A stretch of 56,608 nt of DNA from Octopus bimaculoides (lineage: Eukaryota), in assembly GCF_001194135.2 (NCBI RefSeq), contig NC_068989.1:88057478-88114085 (forward strand). Direction: 5' to 3'. The notes under the pieces were generated by a model. It had not been told where the DNA came from, made no database searches, and worked only from the letters and a program-made list of their open reading frames with translations. A program made the position numbers and the translations under genes. Positions 1 through 10,933 of this stretch are shown piece by piece. Within the stretch, counting starts at the first letter, position 1. Each line of letters opens with the position of its first letter.

Positions 1-280
1 CCTAACGCCAACCACTCAGAGAGTGTAGTGGGTGCTTTTACGTGTCACCTGCACGAGGCCAGTCAGGCGATACTGGCAACGATCTCGCTCGAAACTAACA
101 CTTAAAAAAAAAAATAATCATCACCGTCATCACAATTTACTCTTTTACTTGTTTCAGTCATTTGACTGCGGCCATGCTAGAGCACCGCCTTTGGTCGAGC
201 AAATCGATGCCAGGACTTATTCTTTGTAAGCCTAGTACTTATTCTATCAGTCAATTTTGCCGAACCACTAAGTTACGGGA

Positions 281-394
281 ACTCAGATTCCACATTCATT
301 GCTGCAGTCCTTCAGTTTTTCTAAGCCCTGTAAAAGAACTCGGAAAGTTGGGCCTTGTGATACCCTTAAAGCCAGGAACTTTTCAGCACCCCTG
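281..394 (-). mobile_element. Mariner-derived non-autonomous remnant
   Basis: Begins CAGGGGTGCTGAAAAGTTCCTGGC (TIR-like), followed by a decayed segment resembling a mariner C-terminus (FY.G..KL..R...CV). Confidence 0.4.
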
Positions 395-689
395 CATATG
401 TATAAACATACAACAAATAAAATAAAAAGAATGGTAACCAGAGAGTGGCTGCATTAATGCTAATGCAGTATTTAGTTTTGTCCACTTGGAGATTTGAATT
501 CAAATACTTCCAGAGGCAATGTCTGTAATCTTATCCTCTCATCATTGTGTTTATTCTCACCTTTCTATGCTTGTATGGGTCAGATGAATTGCATTGAGGC
601 AGATTTTCTACAGCCAGTCGCTCTTGTTGTCAACATGCATTTGTTTCCAAGCAGGGTAATATTTCCTCACAGCATTCATACACAAACAG

Positions 690-835
690 CACAAGGGCTA
701 AATGTGTTTTACAGAAGGTTGCAAACAATGTTAAAAGTACATGTGTCTGTGGAGTGTTCAGCCACTTGCACGTTATTTTCATGAGCAGGCTGTTCCATTA
801 ATCAGATCAACTGGAGCCCTCATCGTCAAAAGTGA
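690..835 (-). mobile_element. SINE body fragment (same family as 43470-43790)
   Basis: Reverse complement of the gatcaacggaacaaccagctcatgaaattaatgtgcaagtggctgagcactccacagac block. Confidence 0.6.
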
Positions 836-1276
836 CAGAGTGGTAAGTTATATGAGTGTGTGTGTCTCTTCATGATGGCATGGCACAATAGTGTCACTGT
901 CGTAGAAGCAGTGACATTAATTTCCAACTGTCCATGAAAGCGTCATGAGGAAAATATTAAATTGCTTGAAAACAAGTAAAGGTTGATGATGGGAAAGGCA
1001 GACATTTGACCACAGAAAATCTGCTTCAACAAATTCCATCTGATCCAGGCAAGCAAAGAAAAGCGAATGCGGAGCAGCAGTACAGTCCCAGATCTATGAG
1101 CAATACTCGACACTCTAGTGGAAGTCTTACTCAAGTTCTGTAGAGAAAAAGTAGAGCTGGACTATTGTCTGGTCCTGAAGAGAAGGCTTAGTTTTTGGGA
1201 TAAAAAAATATTCAAGTTCGTTCAACATGAGAGACGAGAAAAAATTTAAACTCCATTTGGAGTCTCTCTGACAGCA

Positions 1277-1378
1277 TTAATTAGCTATTAACTGCCTACA
1301 ATTATACAGCTTTAATTATCTAGTGATTAACTGTACCCAATTATACAGTTTTAATTAGCAATTGATTAACTGTACAGT
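1277..1378. repeat. AT-rich ~39 bp tandem unit (attatacagctttaattagct..tgattaactgtac), ~2.6 copies; another copy at 2135-2170
   Basis: Direct inspection. Confidence 0.65.
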
Positions 1379-2259
1379 TTTACTGTTTATCCTTTATCTT
1401 TCACTTGTTTCAGTCATTGGACTGTGGCCAAGCTGGAGCGCTGTCTTGAAATTTTTAGTTAAACAAATCAACCCCAGTACTTATGTTTTTTAAGCTTAGT
1501 ACTCATTCTATTGGTCTCTTTTGCTGAACTGTTAAGTTACAAGAACATAAACACAACAACACCAGTTGTCAAGAGGTGATAGCAAACAGAGACATATATA
1601 TAATTACTAGCTGACCATGTGCCATTGATAAATGACGGCTAATTATAGTATTTTATATATAAATAAGTTACAAAATAAGGTACATAATAATCACACATAC
1701 AAACATTAACATACTTCCCTTGTACAGGCATACACACATATACTCACACAAAATTGAAATGTTGATTTTTTTCACCCCTTCCTTCCTCTCATTGCTATTA
1801 CTTTCTCTCACTCCCTCTTAGTCAGGGCTATTACTCTCACTACTTCACCTTCACTGAATTACTAATTTCTCTCTTCTGCGTTCAGCGTGATTCTGGACAA
1901 ATATATATATATATATATATAAAAACACTACGCTCATTATTATATTAGGATATATATATATATATATATATTCAATGGGCTTCTTTCAGTTTCTGTAGAC
2001 CAAAACCACTCACAGGGCTTTGTTTGGCCAGAGGCAAAAGCAGACACTTGCCCGAGGTGCCACACAGTGGGACTGAACCTGGAACCATATGGTTAAAAAG
2101 CAAACTTCTTACCACATAATCATGCCTACACTTAATTATACAGCTTTAATTAGCTGTTGATTAACTGTACGTAATTATCCAGACACCATTGCAGAACACA
2201 CTCATCCAATTCTGCCGTTCAGAGAACAAGAAAAGACCACCAATAAAGAAAGTACGTAC

Positions 2260-2421
2260 CTGAGACAATTTCACAATATTAACATTCTGTTCGATTTGTT
2301 CTGGGTTGCGAGCTCCAACGATGACAGACCGGACGTTCTGCTGTTGTAGTAACCATGACAGACTGGCCACAGGCATATTGATATCAGCTTCTGTACAGAT
2401 TTCTTTCAACTTCCCAAGTGT
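2260..2421 (-). CDS. AKR exon 7 (TLGKLKEICTEADINMPVASLSWLLQQQNVRSVIVGARNPEQIEQNVNIVKLSQ)
   Basis: 162 nt, phase 0/0. Acceptor ttttctctttgtag|ACA, donor CAG|GTACGT. AKR C-terminal motif (A.L.WLL......VIVGA....Q...N). Confidence 0.92.
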
Positions 2422-2884
2422 CTACAAAGAGAAAATAGGATAAAGTCAGATTTATTTCCACATGATTTCACACTTTCAAATTGCGACCTGACCTACCTAT
2501 CCACCCATCCAATCCTCCTGTGTTCACTTCCATATAACTTGAGTCTACGCCCTGGCACCTCTTCACCAATGTTTTCTCTCCTTTTCTAATACTTCACTCC
2601 TACTCAGTTGAGGAGGCTTGTCTTGCAAGTGACTTAGTGACCTTACTGGTGCTCGTATCACATGAAAAGCACTTAGTACATTCTGTGAAGTGGTTGGCGT
2701 TGGGAAGGGCATCCAGGTGCAGAAACCATGCCAAAGCAGACATATTAGAACTTGGCACTATCCTTTCGTCCATCAGCACCTCTTAAAATGTCCAACCCAT
2801 GCCAGCATGGAAAACAAACATTAAACAATGATGTTGATACTGCAAAGACAATAGCAAAATCAATCTACACATTCTATTAAGGTA

Positions 2885-3290
2885 TTAATCGGATTTAATT
2901 GGGCCTCAGAGAGGCAAAGTGACCAAGTTCTTTTCGAGTGTTGGGCCTCACGGAAGCAAAGTAGCTGAGTTCCTTTCGAGAGCTGGGCTTCAGAGGTAAT
3001 GACCAAGACCTCTGGCATTATGTCGTGCTTGAGAAGAAGACCCATCAAGCTGAGAAAAATCGTAGTTGTGGCAGATACTGGTGTCATGCAAATGGCACCC
3101 ATGTCAGTGGCACATAAAAGCACCCATTACACTCTCGGAGTGGTTGGCATTAGGAAGGGCATCCAGATGTAGAAACCATATTAAATCAAACTGGAGTCTG
3201 GTGTAGCCTTCCAGCTAACCAGCCCTGATCAAACCATCCAACCCATGCCAGCATGGACAATGGACATTAAATGATGATGATGTGTGGGGT
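2885..3290 (+). mobile_element. RTE-type LINE 3' end with (GAT)n tail; internal 42 bp unit x3 (2899, 2941, 2983)
   Basis: The triplicated unit corresponds to the RTE C-terminal LGLTEA..SD.DLW segment also seen at 3855-3900. It ends in the ccatgccagcatgga...ttaaatgatgatgatg tail. Confidence 0.75.
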
Positions 3291-4290
3291 GTAAGGATGG
3301 AGGTAGCACAGAAAACAGCTTCCGTCACATTCCAGGGAGAAAAACTAGAGGTAGTTGATAGCTTCCATTACCAAGGTGACCAAGTCAGTGGTGGGGGTGG
3401 ATGCTCTGAAAGTGTAGCTGCTAGAATAAGAATAGCCTGGGCAAAGTTCGGGGGGCTCCTACCTCTGCTGGTGACAAGGGGCCTCTTGCTCAGAGTAAAA
3501 GGTAGACTGTATGATGCATGTGTGCGAACAGCCATGCTACATGGCAGTGAACATGGGCCGTGACTGCTGAGGACATGTGTAAGCTTGCAAGGAACGAAGC
3601 CAGTATGCTCTGCTGGATGTGTAATGTCAGTGTGCATACTCGACAGAGTGTAAGCACCCTGAGAGAGATAAGTTGGACATAAGAAGCATCAGATGTGGTG
3701 TGCAAGAGAGATGACTGCGCTGCTATGGTCATATGTTGCAGATGGATGAGGATAGCTGTATGAAAAAGTGCCACACCCTAGCAGTAGAGGAAACCTGTGG
3801 AAGAGGTAGACCCAAGAAGATCTAGGATGAGATGGTGAAACATGACCTTCGAACATTGGGCCTCACCGAGGCAATGACAAGTGACCAAGACCTTTGGAGA
3901 TATGCTGTGCTTGAGAAGACCCGACAAGCCAAGTGAGACCGTAACCATGGCCTATGCCAGTGCAGCATAACCAGCCCATTTAAGAGCACCCTTCAATCAC
4001 TGGGCAATAAATTGCACTTGCAAAAACCTGTTGAGGCAAGTGAAATCGTTGTCATGGCCGATGACAGTACCGCCTGATTGGCACCTGTGCCAGCAACACG
4101 TTAAAAACACCATTCGGACATGATCGTTGCCAGTGTCACCTGACTGGTTCCCGTGCCAGTGGCACGTAAAAAGCACCATTCAAGCATGATCAATGCCAGT
4201 GCTGGCTGACTGGCTCCCATGCAGGTGGAATGTTAATAAGCACCATTCAAGCGTGGTCGATGCCAGTACCACCTGACTGGCCCTTGTGCT
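3290..4290 (+). mobile_element. RTE-clade LINE fragment (ORF C-terminus, decayed) plus 3' UTR with 66 bp tandem units x4
   Basis: Peptide LEVVDSFHY.GD....GGCSESVAARIRIAWAKF..LLPLL....KGRLYDACVRTAMLHGSE, then LRWYGH-like and GRGRPKK.W motifs with stops. Repeat anchors at 4073, 4139, 4205, 4272. Confidence 0.88.
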
Positions 4291-4472
4291 AGTGTGAGTT
4301 TGTCTGCCTCCAATGCCAAAAAATTCCTGTCATCAAAGCTGGTTGAACCTCCAATCAGCCCATACCAGATCATCTCAATCCATGGACATAGCTAGACCCA
4401 CTACTAAATGCCTACACACAAGGACCCAAGTTGAGAACCACTGGTTGAAATTTAAAATATAAAAATACTTAC

Positions 4473-4524
4473 TTCAAATAGAAGTTTTTCGTGGCCATCC
4501 TGACCATGGCGGGACATTGTAGTA
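4473..4524 (-). CDS. AKR exon 6 ([S]TTMSRHGQDGHEKLLFE)
   Basis: 52 nt. Acceptor ttttatttttcag|T, donor GAA|GTAAGT. Phase 2 in and phase 0 out, exactly bridging exons 5 and 7. Confidence 0.85.
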
Positions 4525-4544
4525 CTGAAAAATAAAACATAAAT

Positions 4545-4983
4545 GTAACAGCAAGATTATTATTGTTGTTGTTTTTTTTTCTTCTTTCTTCAAATTTTCT
4601 TCCATTTCTCACCGAGTGTTTTCCGTACACCTAGGGCAGAGAAGCTCATTGTATGCATTCCTAGTTTACACACGCAAATTCACAGGTAAAATACATAGTT
4701 AAAAAAAAAAATTAATAAATAAATAAATTCATGAATGGATGGATGTTGTTTTCACAGCGATAATGCTCTTCTCAGTACATAAGTCATTCCAGTTTACACG
4801 ATTTTTTGCACTTCCTATAGGGATGGTAAGCCTGGTGTCATTTTCAAATAGGTTTCAGTACCTTTTTTTATCATTCCTAGAGATCTTACAATCACTGGTA
4901 TGGTAGTCGCCTTGAGGTGCCACATTTTTTCAATTTCTATTAGCAAATCTTTATATTTACTGATCTTGTCAAATTCTTTCGCC
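4545..4983 (-). mobile_element. R4/Dong-like non-LTR retrotransposon 3' fragment (restriction-like endonuclease C-terminus)
   Basis: The minus strand translates as KEFDKISKYKDLLIEIEKMWHLKATTIPVIVRSLGMIKKG...EVQK...LRRALS with stops. Confidence 0.72.
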
Positions 4984-5181
4984 GCTATTATTATTATTAT
5001 TGCCTTTACTACATAGTCAAAACGACTCCAGCCATGACCCTTCCATCCTTTATTCAGACACTGTATCTAGGACTACATAATCTGCTGTATATCTTTACAG
5101 GTTAGAAGCTTCTTTCTCAATCACATGGTCTTGTATGTACGTATATCTATATGTATGTGTGTGTGTATATATATATATATA

Positions 5182-5330
5182 TCGGAGAATTTACGAAAAA
5201 AACAACAGACGAAGACAGATGGTGTAAACAACAAAAGGATGTATTAGTTTAACGCTTGGGAATAGAGAAAATATTTGACGTTTCGAGCCTACGCTCTTCA
5301 ACTGAAAGGAACACAGAAAGAAATAAGGAG
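5182..5330 (-). mobile_element. Penelope-like element terminal fragment
   Basis: TGAAGAGCGTAGGCTCGAAACGTC ... GCGTTAAACTAATACATC, ending in an (AT)n run, resembles PLE terminal repeats. Confidence 0.5.
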
Positions 5331-5711
5331 AGAAACAAGGAGAAAAAAAATATAAATGTAGTGGTCAGCGAACTATCATGGCGAATGATATTTTTGTCCA
5401 GAATCACGCCGGACGCGGAGGAGGAGAGTGAAGGAGAAGTAGTGAGAGTAACAGCCCTGACTGAGAGGGAGTGAGAGAAAGTAATAGCGATGAGAGAAAG
5501 GAAGGGGTGATAGATGAATAAGGAAGGAAGGGATGTAAAAAAAAATCAGCGTTTCAACTCTGTGTGAGTATATGAGTGTATGTGTGCGTGTACAAGGGAA
5601 ATATGTTAATGTTTGTATGCGTGATTATTATGTAGCTTACTTTGTACCTTATTTATATATAAAATACTACAATTAGCCATCAATATCAATGGAATGTGGT
5701 AGAATAATATC

Positions 5712-6649
5712 TTGCAGTGTGGGATCGCGCATTGTCCTGATGAAACATCACTCCTTTTCGATTCACTAAAGCGGGTCTTTTTTTCTTCAAAGCTTGGTTT
5801 AAACGCTCTCATTGCTGACAGTAGACTTGAGTATTGATTGTTGCATTAGGTAGTAACAATTCAAAGTGAATTACTCCTTTGCAATCCCACCAGATAGAGA
5901 GAAGAACCTTTTTCCGATGAAGTTCCCTTCTCGGTTGTGGTTGAGCTTTTTCCCTTTTACCAAGCCACTGTTTACAACGTTTAACATTTCGATAGAAGAT
6001 CCATTTTGCGTCACCAGTCACGAATCTATCCAAAAAGGGGGAAATTAGTTTGCGAGAATAGAGAGAAGAGCAGATGTCAACTCGGGATTTGCGGTTGCTT
6101 TCGGACAATTCATGAGGCACCCATTTTCCAAGTTTAGGAACCTTTCCAAGTTGTTGAAGATAACAATGAACAGTTGTCTGGTTTGAACTAAGCTTTATTG
6201 CCAATTCTTCAACTGATAATGCAGGATTTTCTTCAAGTAATGCCTCAAGGAGCTTATCATCAAACTCAACTGGACGTTCGATCTTCATCTTCAAGGCTGA
6301 AATCTCCACTTCTGAATTTTGCAAACCATCTTCTGCAAGTTCTTTCATTCAAGCATTCTTTCCCATAAACTGAGTGGATGTTTCGAATCGCTTCGGCTGC
6401 AGAGTTTCCTTTTTTTTGTACTCATAAAGCATTATGTGCCTCAAATGTTCTTTGGATACTTTCATGTTAGAAAAGGTTTTAATCAAAGAAATTTTAATTC
6501 TATTATTCTGTAAAATAATATTTAATTAGTTTAAATGCACACAAATGCATTAAAATAATTTTTAATTCCATTAGACATTCTAAAATACTATTAAATTTCA
6601 TTCGATTTTAAAAAAGGTAAAATCGGACAGAACTTATGGGATGACCTGA
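5712..6649 (-). pseudogene. Decayed mariner (Tc1/mariner) transposon, 3'-truncated, with frameshifts
   Basis: One TIR (TCAGGTCATCCCATAAGTTCTGTCCGA) next to TA at 6650-6651. ATG at 6465. Motifs WFAKFRSGDFSLED, WVPHEL, VTGD.KW, WWD.KG and FHQDNARSH are spread over several frames. The sequence stops just after the second catalytic Asp. Confidence 0.9.
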
Positions 6650-6984
6650 TATTTGCTTCAGTCGTTAGACTGTGGCCATGCTGGGGCACCGCCTGAAGAA
6701 TTTTAGTTGAATGAATTAACCCCAGTACTTATTTCATTTTTAAGCCGGGTACTTATTCTGTGAGTCTCTTTTGCTGAAATGCTAAGTTACAGGGACATAA
6801 ACACACCAACACCGGTTATCAAACGGTGTGTGGGAGACATGTATGTATGTGTGTGTGTGTAAAACAGAAAGAGACTGTGTACACCAATGTAAATACTTGG
6901 TAAAGTTTAACAAGGAAAGATAACTCGTGAAAGACTAAGTGAACACAGCCCAATGCATCAAGCCATTGAAAATTTGCCTCAGCA

Positions 6985-7375
6985 AATTCTATCTGACCCA
7001 TGAAGTGTGATAAGAAGCTTGCTTCCCAACTACATGGTTCCAGGTTCAGTCCCATGCCATGGCAATGTGGGTAAGTGTCTTCTACTGTAGCCTAGTGGCT
7101 GACCAAAGCCCTGTGAATGGATTTGGTAGATGGAAATTGAATGAAGTGTGTGTGTGTGTGTGTGTGTGTGTATTCTTCACCACCACATGACAACTGGTGT
7201 TGGTGTGTGTATTTATGTCTCTGTAACTTAACAGTTCAGCAAAATGAAACTGATAGAATAAGTAACAAGCTTTCAAAAAAACATAAGTCCTGGAGTCAAT
7301 TCATTCAAATAAAACTTCTTCAAGGCAGTGCCCCAGCATGGCCACAGTCTACTGGCTGAAACAGGTAAAAGACAA
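6985..7375 (+). mobile_element. CORE-like tRNA-derived SINE (family A); a 3' half in the opposite orientation lies at 6655-6860
   Basis: tRNA-like head (ggttcagtcccat), core gggtaagtgtcttctactgtagcc, central (TG)n, tail actggctgaaacaggtaaaaga. Confidence 0.75.
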
Positions 7376-7497
7376 AAGATGCAAAAGATGCAAAAGATGC
7401 AGGCAAGGAAAAGGAGGCAGGAAAACGGTGATGATGATGAATGAAAAGGAGTAACTCAAAATTTGAGAGTTTTATGGTTTCAGTCACAAGTCCTTAC

Positions 7498-7676
7498 CTG
7501 GATTTAGAGAAGAGCTTGCCACGTCGTCGACCCTCAGGTAAACTGTCAGGGGCCAGGTATTTGCCAGAAAGAAGACCTTGCTGTAGAGGTGAGTAAGCCA
7601 AAATGGAAATGTTTTTCTCCTTACAAATTGGTTGAACTTCGTGTTCGATTGAACGCCACAGTAAACTGTAACCTAG
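7498..7676 (-). CDS. AKR exon 5 (LGYSLLWRSIEHEVQPICKEKNISILAYSPLQQGLLSGKYLAPDSLPEGRRRGKLFSKS+2 nt)
   Basis: 179 nt, phase 0 in and phase 2 out. Acceptor tttgtcgttgcag|CTA, donor AG|GTAAGG. Contains the NADPH-binding AYSPL..GLLSGKY motif. Confidence 0.93.
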
Positions 7677-7724
7677 CTGCAACGACAAAGAATAGTTAAG
7701 TTGAACAGGTTGTATATGAATCAT

Positions 7725-7945
7725 CATCATCGTTTAACGTCCGCTTTCCATGCTAGCATGGGTTGGACGATTTGACTGAGGACTAGCAAACCAGATGGCT
7801 ACACCAGGCTCCAATCTGATTTGGCAGAGTTTCTACAGCTGGATGCCCTTCCTAATGCCAACCACTCCGAGAGTGTAGTGGGTGCTTTTACGTGCCACCG
7901 GCACGAAGGCCAGTCAGGCGGTATTGGCAACAGCCACGCTCTTAG
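7725..7945 (-). mobile_element. RTE-tail short repeat (family C), abutting AKR exon 5 acceptor region
   Basis: catcatcatcgtttaacgtccgctttccatgctagcatgg...cttcctaatgccaaccactcc. Confidence 0.85.
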
Positions 7946-8582
7946 GGTATTCGGCCTGGGCTCAGTTGCAGAACTTCCACAAACCTTCAGTGAAACCCAC
8001 ATTAGAATACAGTTCCCTTATCTAAGATGATGTTGTTGACACACCAACAAACACCTTTGATCACATCCCCAAATTAAGGCCATCCAGCTGATTACCAAGT
8101 TCCCATTCATCAACATATAACAACCAATCTACAAGATGTGCTGATTCCTCACTCAACCGATTCCACAGTCATTACAACAGCCTCTGATCCTGGAAACTAA
8201 CTAGACGCACACCAACAATTCCCAGACCAAACCCTGTCTTTGCCCTACCCCTATGGTTAATCCTTCATCAGCAAAACATTATCCCTCTGGAACACCCAAC
8301 CAGTCCATGTTTTTTCCTGCAGCCATTGACTTATAATGTTCAAGCTAAATACTCAAGTGAAGGTCATTGATGGACCGACTCCTTCCTCATGAATGAAATA
8401 TTAAAAAACAAAAAAAACACACACACATTGCAACACCACCATTATCTCCCATGACCAACACAAACACCCACCACCATCATCCTCCACCATTTCCACTATT
8501 CCACTACCCCCCCCCCTCCAACATCCCCACTCACCACCATCTACCCAAACATCACTATTCACCTCTTCCACCATCAATATAC

Positions 8583-8741
8583 CTGGTTAGAAATAGGTTG
8601 ACCACCAGCTTCAAGAATGCTCTTCATGTTTTTCGGTCCAAAGTTGCAGACACCATAGTAATGTATCCTTCCTTTAGCAACTTGTCTCTTCAGTTCTTCC
8701 ACAGTGGCTGTGTAGTCAGAAACCATGTTTGGCCAATGGAT
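8583..8741 (-). CDS. AKR exon 4 (IHWPNMVSDYTATVEELKRQVAKGRIHYYGVCNFGPKNMKSILEAGGQPISNQ); catalytic His
   Basis: 159 nt, phase 0/0. Acceptor tctttttag|ATC, donor CAG|GTATAT. Absent from the ORF track because it has no start codon and is short. Confidence 0.93.
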
Positions 8742-8898
8742 CTAAAAAGACAACAGAGCAACAGAATAGATTTTACATTCCACTGAATTGGGGAGAAGCA
8801 ATCACAGAGATGGGCAAGATTAACAAAGCCAGTGATTTTTGGAGATGTTTTTCTTTCTATTTTTTAGCTTAGTTTTAACATTTTTCAAATAAAAGAGG

Positions 8899-9096
8899 TG
8901 CCATATTTTCCAGCATACAAGTCAAATTTTTCAGATCAAAATTTAAAAGTCAAAAACATAGGTCTACTTATACACTAAGACTACTTTAGAGAACCAGAAG
9001 TTCCATGTGAAATGCAACAGGATTTGAAAAGATATTGGCAATGTTTGAATATTTACACCATACACTAGGTCAACTCGCATGCCAGAAAATATGGCA
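8899..9096. mobile_element. pogo/Tigger-type MITE (CpG-decayed TIRs)
   Basis: TIRs tgccatattttccagcatacaagt / actcgcatgccagaaaatatggca resemble TACCGTATTTT...AAAATACGGTA ends. Confidence 0.55.
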
Positions 9097-9235
9097 CATC
9101 TTATAGACGGGTACATATGGCAAATTTTCAAGAAAATGGATCAATGAAGGTTTTATTTTAAAGAACATACATTTGGAGATAGGTCCTTGGACTGACTCTT
9201 CATTACCCCCACCACTGCTTAATGCTATATCTTAC

Positions 9236-9421
9236 CTGATAGATATCGATGTAGTTGGTTTTTAAGCTCTGTAGGGAGGTAGTGATCGCAGCATCAATCG
9301 CTTCAGCTGTGTAGCTCTCACTGGGACCAGTGGAACGGAAACCATACTTGCTTGCAATCACAGCATTGTGGCGTCTTCCTTCTAGACATTTTCCTAGGAC
9401 ACCTTCAGAGCGGGGATACGC
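9236..9421 (-). CDS. AKR exon 3 (AYPRSEGVLGKCLEGRRHNAVIASKYGFRSTGPSESYTAEAIDAAITTSLQSLKTNYIDIYQ); catalytic Tyr and Lys
   Basis: 186 nt, phase 0/0. Acceptor ctttcctgaaccag|GCG, donor CAG|GTAAGA. Confidence 0.93.
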
Positions 9422-9475
9422 CTGGTTCAGGAAAGAAAGATTCAAAAGACTTACAAATGACGGAAAAAATAAATA

Positions 9476-9772
9476 CAGGGTGTCCACAAAGTCTGGGTAC
9501 ATGGGGATTAATACATACTTTAAGAAATTATTATTTCTTATATTTAATTGGCTATGTTATGATTTTATTTACTCCATGTACCCACATGGGAATTGACACA
9601 TATTTTAAGAAATTACTATTTCTTATATTTAATTGGTTTTGTTATGATTTTATTTACTCCATGTACCCATATGGGGATTGACACATATTTTAAGAAATTA
9701 CTATTTCTTATATTTAATTGGTTATGTTATAATTTTATTTACTCCACATACCCAGACCTTGTGGACACCCTG
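9476..9772. mobile_element. Tc1/mariner-type MITE with TA TSD and internal 3 x 85 bp tandem repeat
   Basis: TA at 9474-9475 and 9773-9774. TIRs CAGGGTGTCCACAAAGTCTGGGTA / TACCCAGACCTTGTGGACACCCTG. Units start at 9501, 9586, 9671. Confidence 0.9.
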
Positions 9773-10560
9773 TACATTGTGTCATGCAACTGGCACCTGT
9801 GCCGGTGGCATGTAAAAGCACCCATTACACTCTTGGAGTGGTTAGTGTTAGGAAGAGCATCCAGCCATAGAAACCATGCCAAATCAGACTGGAGTCTGAT
9901 GTAGACACTCAGATTGCCAGCCCTGGTCAAACCATCCAACCCAAGCCAGCACGGACAACAGACGTTAAATGATGAGGATGATGGTGATTCCAGCACAAAT
10001 ATACACACAAGAGAAAGACAAGCATTGGGTTGTCAGATCAAAATTTTTCTGTACTTGGCACTCTGTTGTCCTATGTCTGAGGTAAACTTTATTTGAATTC
10101 CAAAAACAAGAAGCACAAGTTGTAGAAGAAGAATAGAGCTACAAAAACCCCATAAAATACTGCAATAAAAATATTTTTGTCTTAATTCAGATAACACTGG
10201 AAAGATTAACCTTTTATCATTCAGATTACTGTCAAACATAAGGTTTATTTATTCACAATGGTTTGTATTAATCCTGTATTATCTTGTAGCTTCAACATTT
10301 CAATGATGTGACTATTCTTTTTTTTTTTTTATCTGTTTTAGTCATTTGACTGCGGCCATGCTGGAGCACCGCCTTTAGTCGAGCAAATCGACCCAAGGAC
10401 TTATTCTTTGTAAGCCTAGCACTTATTCTATTGATCATTTTTGCCAAACTACTTAGTTACGGGGGACGTAAACACACCAGTATTGGTTGTCAAGCGATGG
10501 TTGGGGGAACAAACACAGACATAAATAACATATACATACAGAACCGCCTGACTGACCCTC

Positions 10561-10750
10561 GTGCTGGTGGCATGTAGAAAGCATCCACAACACTCTCGGA
10601 GTGGTTGGCGTTAGGAAGGGCATTCAGCTGTAGAAACATTGCCAGATCTGATTGGAGCCTGGTGCAGCCTTTTGGCATGCCAGCCCTCGGTCAAACCGTC
10701 CAACCCATGCCAGCATGGAAAGTGGACGTTAAATGACGATGATGATGATG
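10561..10750 (+). mobile_element. Family C RTE-tail repeat, left arm of an inverted pair
   Basis: Ends ...gtggacgttaaatgacgatgatgatgatg. Confidence 0.85.
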
Positions 10751-10933
10751 TCATCATCATCATCGTTTAACGTCCGCTTTCCATACTAGCATGGGTTGGA
10801 CGATTTGACTGAGGACTGGTGAAACCGGATGGCAACACCAGGCTCCAGTCTGATTTGGCAGAGTTTCTACAGCTGGATGCCCTTCCTAACGCCAACCACT
10901 CAGAGAGTGTAGTGGGTGCTTTTACGTGTCACC
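10751..10933 (-). mobile_element. Family C RTE-tail repeat, right arm of an inverted pair, runs into an N gap
   Basis: Starts tcatcatcatcatcgtttaacgtccgc directly after the left arm. Confidence 0.85.

Noticed and set aside
1130-1180. Candidate AKR last exon (cttcag|GACCAGACAATAGTC..., DQTIVQLYFFSTELE*)
   Set aside because: No recognisable AKR C-terminal similarity, and it is flanked by repeat fragments.
9501-9755. CRISPR-like or other regularly spaced arrays (also at 4073-4290, 13108-13203)
   Set aside because: These are contiguous tandem repeats without unique spacers, in a eukaryotic intron context.
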